Assembly (NCBI GenBank): GCA_963705305.1
Contig: OY970067.1
Coordinates: forward strand, 3,680,001-3,744,000
DNA length: 64,000 bases
Direction: 5' to 3'
Origin: an uncultured Methylomirabilota bacterium
Lineage (GTDB): Bacteria > Methylomirabilota > Methylomirabilia > Methylomirabilales > 2-02-FULL-66-22
This document shows, in pieces, positions 47,580-57,711 of the stretch. Below the pieces are notes generated by a model that saw only the letters and a program-made list of their open reading frames with translations, ran no database searches and had not been told where the DNA came from. The number at the start of each line of letters is the position of its first letter. Position 1 is the first letter of the stretch. Made by a program: the position numbers and the translations under genes.

Positions 47580-47869
47580 CAGGCTGCTGAAAAAGGCCCA
47601 TCTGCCGAGACCCATCCTTCGGATGGGTACCCCACCCGCTCGGGCGCTCGCTGCGGCGTACCGGAAGTACGCCTTGACCCGCCTGTGGCGGGTGCCCCGC
47701 CCCGGGTACCCATCCCGAGGGATGGGTGACGCCGCCTTGCCGTTCGACAGGCCCTTCGACAAGCTCAGGGCGGTGAGCACAGTCGAACCGCTCACGGTCC
47801 CGAGCGAAGTCGAGGGACATCTGGACCTTTTTGAGCAGCCTGCGGGGAAACGAGTTTTCTAGCAACCTG
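47580..47869 (+). mobile_element. MITE-like repeat, copy 4 (longest, with a nested cassette)
   Basis: CAGGCTGCTGAAAAAGGCCCATCTGC...CTTTTTGAGCAGCCTG (47842), then an outer end TTTTCTAGCAACCTG (47869); lies between pxpA and pxpB. Confidence 0.85.
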
Positions 47870-47923
47870 TTCGAGGCGGCAGGCGTCCCTCGAAGGACCG
47901 GCGCCGCTGGCACGAGCGCATCC

Positions 47924-48625
47924 ATGGCTATCCAATTTCTTCCGGCGGGCGATCGCGGCCTGGTGGTCGAATTCGGGAACGAGATCAGCGCGGAGCTCAA
48001 CGCGGCGGTGCGCGCCCTGGCGCTCGGGCTGACGACGACCCGGCTGCCCGGAGTGGTGGAGGTGATCCCGACGTACCGCTCGCTCGGGATCGAATACGAC
48101 CCGACGGCGGTATCCTGGGAAAGCCTGGTGGAACACATCCGAGGGGTGCTGGACCGCCTCGATCCGGGCGCGCTGCCGCCTCCGAAGCTGGTCCGGCTTC
48201 CCACGGTGTACGGAGGCCGCTTCGGACCCGATCTGCCCTTCGTGGCGGAGCACGCCGGGCTGGGCGAGGCTGACGTGGCCCGACTGCACAGCCGAGCGAC
48301 CTACCACGTCTACATGATCGGCTTCACGGCGGGATTCGCATACCTCGGCGGTTTGCCCGAGCGCCTGCACACCCCGCGCCTCGCGTCGCCACGCCTCAAG
48401 GTGCCCAAGGGGTCCGTCGGCATCGGGGGGAGTCAGACCGGGGCGTATCCGGCGGAAACGCCCGGCGGCTGGCGGATCATTGGGCGCACCCCCGTGCCCC
48501 TGTTCGATCCGCTGCGGGAGGTCCCCACCCCCATGCTGCCGGGGGATGCGGTGGAGTTCGTGCCCATCACCGAATCCGACTACCGGGACATCGAGCGCCG
48601 CGTGACCGCCGGGGAGTGGGCTTGA
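47924..48625 (+). CDS. pxpB: 5-oxoprolinase subunit B (KipI-like)
   Basis: GDR.L.VEFG, P.YRS, YGG.FGPDL, GF.AGF.YL, PRL..PR, GSVGIGG.QTG.YP..TPGGW.IIGRT. Confidence 0.95.
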   Translation: MAIQFLPAGDRGLVVEFGNEISAELNAAVRALALGLTTTRLPGVVEVIPTYRSLGIEYDPTAVSWESLVEHIRGVLDRLDPGALPPPKLVRLPTVYGGRFGPDLPFVAEHAGLGEADVARLHSRATYHVYMIGFTAGFAYLGGLPERLHTPRLASPRLKVPKGSVGIGGSQTGAYPAETPGGWRIIGRTPVPLFDPLREVPTPMLPGDAVEFVPITESDYRDIERRVTAGEWA

Positions 48626-48657
48626 CCTCTGCGTCGGCGAGCGATAGGCTTACAGGC

Positions 48658-49668
48658 ATGGACGCGCTGGAGATCCTTCGTCCCGGATTGTTGACAACGG
48701 TCCAGGACCGGGGACGATTCGGTTGCCAGCAATACGGCGTTCCGGTGAGCGGGGCCGTGGACGATCTGGCCCTGCGGGTGGCGAACCTGCTGGTCGGGAA
48801 TCCGGAGACCGCCGCGGGGCTGGAGATGACGGTGGCGGGACCGCGGCTCCGGATCGTGCAGGACGTCGTCCTGGCCCTCACCGGGGCGGAGTTTATGGCG
48901 GAACTGGACGGACAGCCGGTTCCATGGTACGAATCTTTCCATGCTAATCGAGGGCAGGAGCTCAATCTCCGCGGATGTCGGCGGGGCGTGCGCGGGTATC
49001 TGGCGGTGGGTGGGGGCATCGACGTTCCGACCGTGCTGGGCAGCCGGTCCACGTGCCTGGCGGCTCACTTCGGCGGCTTTCAGGGCCGGGCCTTGGCCGT
49101 TGGCGACCGGCTTCCCGTGATACCGCGGCCCGGCGCGCCCGAGGAATGGACCGGACGGAGCGCCCCCCGGTGGTTGCGGCCGGAATATCCCCCGACCGCG
49201 CCGCTCCGGGTTGTGTTGGGTCCGCAGGATGCAGCCTTCACCGAGGAAGGCGTTCGGGTTTTCCTGGAATCCACCTATCGGGTAACGCCGCGTGCTGACC
49301 GAATGGGCTGCCGTTTGGACGGGCCGCCGATTGCCCATCGCGGCTCGGCGGATATCATCTCGGACTGGGTCCCAATGGGAGGTGTGCAGGTGCCGGGAGA
49401 CGGCAAACCGATCGTCCTGCTGGCGGATCGGCAGACCACCGGCGGCTATCCCAAGATCGCGACGGTGATCGGGCCTGACATCCGGGTGATGGCCCAGCGC
49501 CGGCCGGGCGAGGCGGTGTGCTTCCGGGCGATTTCCGCGCCGGATGCCCAGCAGGCTGCGCGCGAGGAGGAGGCGGCTGTGACCGATTTTTCGCTCCGCG
49601 TGGCGGAGGGTCGCGGACGGACGAAGCCGGCGCGATCCGGACAGTTCCCGGACTCCGTCCCGGCTTGA
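48658..49668 (+). CDS. pxpC: 5-oxoprolinase subunit C (KipA-like, biotin-dependent carboxyltransferase family)
   Basis: TTVQDRGR.G, ANLLVGN, GSRST, GPQ, DRMG.RL, G.VQVP.DG.PI.L..D.QTTGGYPK. Confidence 0.95.
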   Translation: MDALEILRPGLLTTVQDRGRFGCQQYGVPVSGAVDDLALRVANLLVGNPETAAGLEMTVAGPRLRIVQDVVLALTGAEFMAELDGQPVPWYESFHANRGQELNLRGCRRGVRGYLAVGGGIDVPTVLGSRSTCLAAHFGGFQGRALAVGDRLPVIPRPGAPEEWTGRSAPRWLRPEYPPTAPLRVVLGPQDAAFTEEGVRVFLESTYRVTPRADRMGCRLDGPPIAHRGSADIISDWVPMGGVQVPGDGKPIVLLADRQTTGGYPKIATVIGPDIRVMAQRRPGEAVCFRAISAPDAQQAAREEEAAVTDFSLRVAEGRGRTKPARSGQFPDSVPA

Positions 49669-49797
49669 GGGAATCGGTTGCGAGGCGATGCCGTCGTCAC
49701 GCCGAGCAAGAGGAACGCGGGAGGCGTTTTGGGGCTGTACTCCGGCTGGCTGGGACTCTGGGGAAGGGTCCGTCACGCCATCCAAGGGTGGGACACC

Positions 49798-50220
49798 ATG
49801 CGACTGCGACACGGTGTGGGTCTTTCTGGAATGCTGGCCATTGTGCTGCTGATGACCGGCTGCGCCTGGTTTGCCCCTCGGCAGAGCATCGGCCCGGGCG
49901 CGCCGCACATCGCAAACCTGCGCTTCGATCCGGTCGTTGTCCGCGCGGGCCAGTTTACCCAGATGACGTTCTATTTCGAGGTGGGTTCGGCAGACCTGAA
50001 AGAAGGATTCCTCATCGAGCGGGGCATCCAGGAGTTCCAGTTCTTCCAAGCCCTTCAGACCATTCCCATCAGTCTGCAGCAATATGAGGGGCTGGTGGCG
50101 GGCACGCCCGAGATTCCCGTGCAATTCGACAAGCCGGGCATTCGGCTGCTGGAGCTTTACGTTGTGACCGCCAAGGGAAAGACTAGCAATCACCTCCAGG
50201 CAACCCTGACAGTCTATTGA
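49798..50220 (+). CDS. Hypothetical lipoprotein with an Ig-like beta-rich body
   Basis: Hydrophobic signal ending MTGC (lipobox), beta-strand-rich mature part ending G..SN.L. Confidence 0.7.
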   Translation: MRLRHGVGLSGMLAIVLLMTGCAWFAPRQSIGPGAPHIANLRFDPVVVRAGQFTQMTFYFEVGSADLKEGFLIERGIQEFQFFQALQTIPISLQQYEGLVAGTPEIPVQFDKPGIRLLELYVVTAKGKTSNHLQATLTVY

Positions 50221-50317
50221 CGATACCGCGGACTCGCTCGCCGGCGCACGCTTCCGAGGGGCCGACTCGTCTGGTCCGTGCGGAAGCGAAGCGGGGGCAC
50301 ACGAAGCGGGGGCAACC

Positions 50318-50346
50318 TTGACTTTACAGGAAAGCTCGCTTATGGT
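50318..50346 (+). promoter_or_regulatory. Putative sigma70 promoter of galT, preceded by a 13-bp direct repeat
   Basis: TTGACT-17 nt-TATGGT; CGAAGCGGGGGCA at 50287 and 50302. Confidence 0.5.
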
Positions 50347-50384
50347 CGGATGCGTGGAAGGTCCACCGTGCGGAGGATGGCTGA

Positions 50385-51383
50385 ATGCCTGAACTGCGGA
50401 AAGATCCGGTAACCTCACGCTGGGTAATCATTGCCACCGAGCGCGGCAAGCGCCCCTCGGATTTCGGGACCGAGCCGGAGAAGGAGCGGGTGGGGTTCTG
50501 CCCGTTCTGCCCGGGAAATGAAGACAAGACGCCGCCCGAGGTCCTGGCCTACCGGACCAACGGCGAGAATCCCAACGGTCCCGGCTGGCATATCCGCGTG
50601 GTGCCCAACAAGTTCCCGGCCCTCCAGATTGAGGGCGACCTGGGTCGCCAGGGCGACGGGATGTATGACAAGATGAACGGCGTCGGCGCCCATGAGGTGG
50701 TCATCGAGACTCCGCAGCATGGTGAGACGCTGGCCGGCATGGCGGAGAACCGCATCGAGGACGTCCTGTGGGCGTTCCACGACCGGCTCTTGGACCTCAA
50801 GAAGGACCAGCGGTTTCGCTACATCCTGCTGTTCAAGAATTACGGGCGGGCGGCGGGAGCCTCCTTGGAGCATCCGCACTCCCAGCTCATTGCCACCCCC
50901 ATCATCCCCAAGCGGGTGCGGGAGGAGTTGGACGGCGCCAAGGAGTACTACAACTACAAGGAGCGATGCGTCTTCTGCGATGTCGTCCGGCAGGAATTGC
51001 ATCAGGGGGTCCGGGTCGTCAATCAGAACGACGACTTTGTGACCATCGCCCCGTTTGCGGCGCGCTTCCCCTTCGAGACCTGGATCCTGCCCAAGAATCA
51101 CGACGCCTTCTTCGAGGACGCACAGAAGCACCAGTACGTCAACCTGGCGAAGCTCTTGCGGGACCTGATGCTTCGAGTAGAGAAGGTGCTGACGAATCCG
51201 CCGTATAACCTCATTATCCACAACTCCCCGCTCCGCGAGACGGACGGGCGGTATTACCACTGGCACATTGAATTGATGCCGAAACTCACGCATGTGGCGG
51301 GCTTCGAATGGGGAAGTGGCTTCTATATCAACCCCACCCCGCCGGAAGAGGCGGCCAAGTATCTGCGCGACGCCGTGGTGTGA
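50385..51383 (+). CDS. galT: Galactose-1-phosphate uridylyltransferase family protein (GalT/HIT fold)
   Basis: ELRKDP, R.KRP, CPFCPGNE, VPNKFPAL, HEVVIE, FKN.G..AGASLEHPHSQ, HWHIE, GFE.GSG. Confidence 0.92.
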   Translation: MPELRKDPVTSRWVIIATERGKRPSDFGTEPEKERVGFCPFCPGNEDKTPPEVLAYRTNGENPNGPGWHIRVVPNKFPALQIEGDLGRQGDGMYDKMNGVGAHEVVIETPQHGETLAGMAENRIEDVLWAFHDRLLDLKKDQRFRYILLFKNYGRAAGASLEHPHSQLIATPIIPKRVREELDGAKEYYNYKERCVFCDVVRQELHQGVRVVNQNDDFVTIAPFAARFPFETWILPKNHDAFFEDAQKHQYVNLAKLLRDLMLRVEKVLTNPPYNLIIHNSPLRETDGRYYHWHIELMPKLTHVAGFEWGSGFYINPTPPEEAAKYLRDAVV

Positions 51384-51585
51384 GCCGCCAGGCACCGATC
51401 CGCCAGACGGGGGCGGAGCGGACCGGCATCTTGCTGCTTGCGAGGACCGCCACCCGCTGCGAGGAACTCAGTGACTGTCCTCCGGCGAACCAGGGCCGAG
51501 GAATGAGCGGTCGGGGGTGGCCCGTGCCGCGGCGAATCTCCTCAGCGTCCTGTTGTCGACTGCGGCGCTGTTTTCGCGGCGCGCC

Positions 51586-54500
51586 ATGGACGGTCGGACG
51601 CCTCCCGATGGCAGCATGACTCCCGCAGAGTACGTCCAGGAGCAGCTGGCCGATCTGTCCAGTCTCTACAAGGTCGGGCGCACCTTCGCCTCGGTCCTGG
51701 ATCTGCCCCTCCTGCTCGAGCTGGCCTGCCAGGAATCCGCCAAGGCCCTCTCTGCCCAGACCGTTGTCCTTCGCCTTCTCGACGAGCTGACCGGCACGCT
51801 GGAGGTTGCCTGCCGGTACGACCCGGAGGACGGGGCTCCGGATGTGGGGGTGGACGCCGGACTGGCCGAGATGACCCGGCGCGAAGCGGTGCCCATCCTG
51901 ATCCCGGATCTCCGGACGGATCCTCGCTTTGCCCCCGTTGCCGGGCCCACTGCGGCGTCTGCGCTGTACGTGCCGATGATCGGACAGCACACGTTCCTGG
52001 GGATCCTGGGCGCCTATGGAAGACCACCGGCGGCCCCCGGGGGCCCATCCCGCAAGCTCGAGGTCTACGAAGAGCGGCATCTCCACCTCCTGGTGGGGAT
52101 CGTGAGCCAAGCCGCCACCTCCATCGAGAACGCCCGGCTGTTCGAGAAGGTTCGCATCGGCGCCGCCAGGCTGAAGGCCTTGAACGACCTCAGCCGCACC
52201 ATGAGCGGCTCACTGGATCTCCAGACCGTTTTCGACGAGGTGGTGCGGGCTGCGGTGGATCTCCTGGATCTGGTGTCCGCCCGGCTGTGGGTCTGGCAGG
52301 AGGAGTCGGGCCAGCTCCAGCTTCGTGCCAGCGGAGGGACGCCGGAGACCCTCTATCTGCGAGAGATTTTTGCGCCCGGCGAGGGGCTGGTCGGGGAAGC
52401 CTTCAGCGCCCTGGAGCCGATGACCCTGACGGACGTCGCCGGCGACCCCCGCTACCTGGAGCGGGACTGGGCGCGACAGGTAGGGGTTCAGAGCACGGCG
52501 GCAGTCCCGCTCATCCTGGAGGGACGGGGTGTCGGCGTGCTCAGCGTCTCGCGCCGCACGCGCCGCCCATTTGCCGGCGAGGAGCTGGCACTGCTCTCCT
52601 CCTTCGCCCAACAGGCCGCCATTGCCATCGAGAACGCGCGATTGTACGGAGAGGTGGCGCGTGGCCGCCGGGAGGCGGAGTTTCTGGCGGCGCTGGCACG
52701 GGAAGTGAATTCCTCGTTGTCCCTTCCCACCGTGCTCCAGCGCGTGACGGAGGGGGCTCGGGAGTTGTGCGGCAGCGACTTTGCGCAGATCGCGCTGCGA
52801 GAGTCGGACGTTCGAAGAGTTCCGGTTCCGCTACTGGGCCGGCATGCAGCTCGAAAGCTCTCCGCCCACGCGAATCCAACCCGGCAAAGGGGTGGGGGGA
52901 CAGGTCCTGGTCACCGGCCGGCCATTCCGGACCGACAACTACGCCCCGGACCCGGGGATCGGCAAAGACTCCCCGGCAGAGGGTCAGGCGGGAGGCCTGA
53001 TCGCCGAGCTGGGCGTTCCGATCAGTATCGGCGACCGGGTGGAGGGCATTCTGTTCGTGGGCAACCGCTCGCCGCGGGCTTTCACCGGCCGGGACGAAGA
53101 GACCCTCTTGCGCCTGGCGGACCAGGCCGCCATCGCCATTGCCAACGCCCGGCTTTTCTCCCAAGAGCAGGCACGCCGCCGGCAGCTGGAGGCGATGCGG
53201 GCGATCAGCGAGGAGATCACCCGGGAGCTCGATTTCCACTCGGTGTTGGATCTCATCGTCCAGCGGGCGGTGGACCTGATCGGCGTGCGCGCGGGCGCGG
53301 TATGGCTCTGGGACGAGGCCGCGCAAGTCCTCACTCCCCAGGTCTGGATAGGGTACGGCCCATGGCTGGCGGGGCTCCGACTCCGGCTGGGGGAGGGGGT
53401 CGCCGGGAGGGTGGCGGAACGGCGCGACGGGACGATCATCAACGATTTTCGCGGCTCTCCTTTGGCCCTTCCCGCGGTCCTGGAGCACTCGGCCGTCAGG
53501 GCGGTGGTGGCAGAGCCGCTCCTCTACGGCGACCGCCTCCTCGGCGTGCTGAACCTCGCCGAGGAGGAGACAGGCCGAAACTTCGGAGAGGAAGACCGCC
53601 AGATCCTGCGGCTCTTCGCGGCCCAAGCCGCCATCGCCCTGCAAAACGCCCAACTGCACGAAGCCACCGGGCGGCGGGCGGAGCAACTAGCCACTCTCAA
53701 TCGGCTGGCAGTCACGCTGACGGGGGCCCTGGAGCCGCACGAGGTTGCCGAGCAGGTCTTGGGAGCCGTCCAGGTCCTGCTGGCGGGAGCGGCCGTCCGG
53801 CTGTGGACCTGGCATCGGGACGACGAGAGCCTTCGCCTGGTTCAGGGGGTGGGCTTTCGGGACTCCGCCGGAGGTCTGCGGCAGAGATTCCGGCTCGGAG
53901 AGGGACTGGTCGGCGCGGCGGCGGCCAGCCGGCAGCCGACGATCTGCTCCGACGTGACCCGGGACCCTCGATTCGAGGACCATGAGTGGGCTGCCGCCGA
54001 GGGGCTGGCGGCCCTCATCGTGGTTCCGCTGGTGTACGGGGAACGGTTGAGCGGCGTCCTCAGTGTCTTTACTCGAACGCCCCACGAGTTCAGCCAGGAG
54101 GAGATCGAGCTCCTGAGCGCCTTCGCGGCCCAGGCCGCCATCGCCCTGGAGAACGCCCGGCTGTACGCGTCTTCCGAGCAGCGGGCCATGGAGCTGGAGG
54201 CCCTGCGGGAGATCGACCAGGCCATCACGGCGCGACTCCAGCTCTCCGCCGCCATGGAAGCGGTGGTGGGGGGGGCGCTCCAGCTCCTGCGAACCGAGCA
54301 TGCCCAGATCACGCTGTGGGACGAAGCCGCCCAACGCCTGAAATTCGGCGCTGCGGTCGGCGAGGAAGCGGAGCGGGTCCGGGTGCAGCAGTTCGAGCTG
54401 GGACGAGGCATCAACGGGGTGGTGGCCCAGACCCGCCGGGCCGTGATCGTGAATGATTACGCAACGTCGCCCTATGTCCTCCCTGAGTTCTCCGACATCG

Positions 54501-56623
54501 TCGCCACGATCACCGTCCCGGTCCTCTTCGGCGATCGATTGCTGGGAATCCTGCACTCGCACACCACCCGGCCGGGCATGGGATTCACGTCGGCCGACCT
54601 CCGCCGGCTGGAGATGCTCGCCGGCCGGGCCGCCATCGCCCTGGAGAACGCCCGGCTCTACGAGGCCGCCGAGCGACGCGCCGAGCAGCTTGCCACGCTC
54701 AACCGTCTGACGGGTCTCCTGACGACCGTGATGGAGCCGCAGCAGGTGGCGACCCAGATTCTGACGGCAATGCAGGTCCTCTTCCAGGGCGGAGCGGTCC
54801 GGCTGTGGCGATGGAAGAAGCCGGGTGAGAGTCTGGAGCTGGTGGGCGGCGTCGGGTTTCGGATCTCCGTCGGCGATGTCACCCGGGAGGTCAGGCTGGG
54901 GGAGGGGATCCTGGGCTCGGTCGCCGCCACGCGACAACCGGCGTGGAGTCGGGACGTCACGCGGGACCCCGGATTCGTGGATCCGGCCTGGGCGGCCAGG
55001 GAGGGGCTGGTGTCGCTCCTCGCGGTTCCCCTCGTCTCTGGCGACCGAGCGCACGGCGTCCTGTCCGTCTTTACGCGCGAGCCGCACGAGTTCACTGCTG
55101 AAGAGCTCAATCTGCTGAGCGCCTTCGCCGCCCAGGCGGCCATCGCCCTGGAGAACGCCCGCCTGTTCCAGGAGAAGGAAGATTTGGCGCAGGCGTACCT
55201 CCTGCGGCTGGGGCAGATTTCCATCCTGAACGAGATCGCCGAGGCGGTGCAGGGGATGGTGCAGCTGAACGCGATCTTCCAGGTGATCCTGACGGGTGTG
55301 ACCTACGGGGAGGGCCTTGGGTTCAACCGGGCCATCCTGTTCCTGGTGAATGAATCGGCCGGTCTGCTGGAGGGGCGCATGGGGGTCGGGCCCAGCTCGG
55401 GGGAGGAGGCGGCACAGGTCTGGCAGGCGCTGGGATCCAAGGGCCCCTCCCTGCGGGACCTCATTGCCGAGCGGACCAGCGTCCGCCCGCCGGGAGAGCT
55501 TTCGCCGTTCGACCGGCTGGCCCGAAGCCTCCGGATTCCGCTGCGGGCCGATCAGGGGCTCCTGGCCCGGACGGCCTTGGAAGGCCGGCCTTTTCATGTC
55601 CGCGGCGCGCCGGGGGATCCCGCCGTGCATCCGCAGTGGGAGGGCCGGCTGGAGGTGAAGGAATTTGCCAGTGTGCCCCTGATGGCCAAAGGGAAGGTGA
55701 TCGGGGTGCTGGCTGTGGACAACCGGTATTCCAGGAAGCCCATCACGTCCGATGACGTCGAGTTCTTGTGGGCCTTCGCCAACCAGGCTGGCCTGGCGGT
55801 CGAGCGCGCCCGGATGTACAACCATTTGGAGGAGGCGAACCGCGAGATCCAGCGCAGCCACCACCGGCTGCTCCAGCAAGAGCGGCTGGCCACCCTGGGC
55901 GAGATGGCGGCCCATGTCGTCCACGAGATCCGCAATCCGCTGGTGGCTGTGGGGGGCTTCGCCCAACGTCTGGCCCAGCACCTGGGATCCCGGGAACCGG
56001 AGGGGCGATACGCGGGGATCATCGCCCGCGAAGTGGATCGCCTCGAGCGGATCCTGCAGAACGTGCGCGCCATCTCGCGCGACACCTCGCTGGGCCTGAG
56101 CGAGGTGGACCTCCATGACCTCCTGCAGGAATGCCTGGTGCTCTTCGCAGAGCAGATCAGCGCGCAGCGCGTTGTTCTGCAGATCGACTTCACGGAAGGG
56201 CCGCCGCTCTTGCAGCTCGATCCGGTGCAGATCAAACAGGCCGTCTTGAATCTGGTCTCCAATGCCCTGGAGGCCATGCCTGAGGGCGGGGTCCTCACGG
56301 TCGGATCGCGCGTGATCCCGTGCCCCGAACGTCCGGCTGATGCGCAGGAGGGGGCGGCGGCGGGCTCGCGCGACGGCGCTCCTGCAGAGGAGTGGGTGGT
56401 GTTCTCGATTGCGGATACGGGGAGCGGGATTCCCGCGGAGAATGTGGATCGCATCTTCGATCCGTTCTTCACCACCAAGGAGACGGGGACGGGATTGGGG
56501 CTCCCCCTGGTGCGGTGGATTGTCCGGGCTCACGGGGGCCGACTGGAGGTGAACAATCGGCCAGGCGAGGGGGTCACGTTCGAGGTATGGCTGCCCCTTA
56601 AGGTTCCTACGCCTCCCCGCTGA
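51586..56623 (+). CDS. Cytoplasmic sensor histidine kinase with eight tandem GAF domains; +1 frameshift near 52811
   Basis: Eight AAxAxxNAxL-type GAF ends across two ORF frames that join at ...AQIALRESD / EEFRFRYWAG. HisKA HEIRNPL, N box NALEAM, DTGSGI, FFTTK..GTGLGL. No obvious TM helix. Start uncertain. Confidence 0.85.
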
Positions 56624-56685
56624 GACGTAGGCGGATGGGGTGCGGGCGTGCGAGCAGTCGGCTCTCTCCGAAAGGAGGCAGAGAC

Positions 56686-57042
56686 ATGAAGCGCATACTG
56701 GTAGTGGACGACGAGGAAGCCATTCGGATGCTCTACAGGGAAGAGCTGGCCGAGTCCGGGTACAGCGTGGACGTTGCGGCGGACGGATTCCAGGCCCTCG
56801 AGATGGTCCGGCAGGCGCCGCCGGATCTCATGACGATCGATATCAAGATGCCAGGCATGGACGGCATCGAGCTGCTGCGCCGGGTCCGGGAAACCCATCG
56901 AAACTTGCCCATCATCATCTGTACGGCCTACGGCGATTTCCGACGCGACTTCGGCACCTGGGCGAGCGACGCCTACCTGACCAAATCTGCCGATTTGGCC
57001 GAGCTGAAAAGCAAGGTCCGGGAATTCCTGGGCGGGGAGTAA
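56686..57042 (+). CDS. Single-domain response regulator (receiver)
   Basis: ILVVDDE, DIKMPGMDG, CTAY, YLTKS; AGGAGG RBS. Confidence 0.93.
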   Translation: MKRILVVDDEEAIRMLYREELAESGYSVDVAADGFQALEMVRQAPPDLMTIDIKMPGMDGIELLRRVRETHRNLPIIICTAYGDFRRDFGTWASDAYLTKSADLAELKSKVREFLGGE

Positions 57043-57044
57043 CT

Positions 57045-57092
57045 TGGTCAAAAAAATGGCAACGCCGATGGCGGCTGCCCATGCATGGGGCA
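57045..57092 (+). promoter_or_regulatory. Tandem NtrC-type enhancer sites
   Basis: 17-bp TGGTCAAAAAAATGGCA (57045-57061) and TGCCCATGCATGGGGCA (57076-57092), 31 bp apart and about 110-150 bp upstream of the sigma54 site. Confidence 0.55.
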
Positions 57093-57175
57093 CCGGCAAA
57101 GCCTGCCGACGGCGCAGGACCCTGCAACGATCGACGAAACTCCTTGTCAGACCGCAAGTTGACCGAAGAGAGTGA

Positions 57176-57598
<423 letters not shown>

Positions 57599-57711
57599 GT
57601 CGGACGCCCACCGGCGGACCCGCAATCCGGGCGCGGAGGGGCAGCGGCATTCCGGGAGACGCGCCTGTCGCCAGGGCGACAGGCCGCACCAGCGAGGAGG
57701 AGTCAACAATC

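Noticed and set aside
53687..56533. Long antisense ORFs (e.g. 53687-56533, 60390-62591, 24995-27415, 14086-16083)
   Set aside because: Shadow frames opposite well-supported genes, as expected in high-GC DNA with few stop codons.
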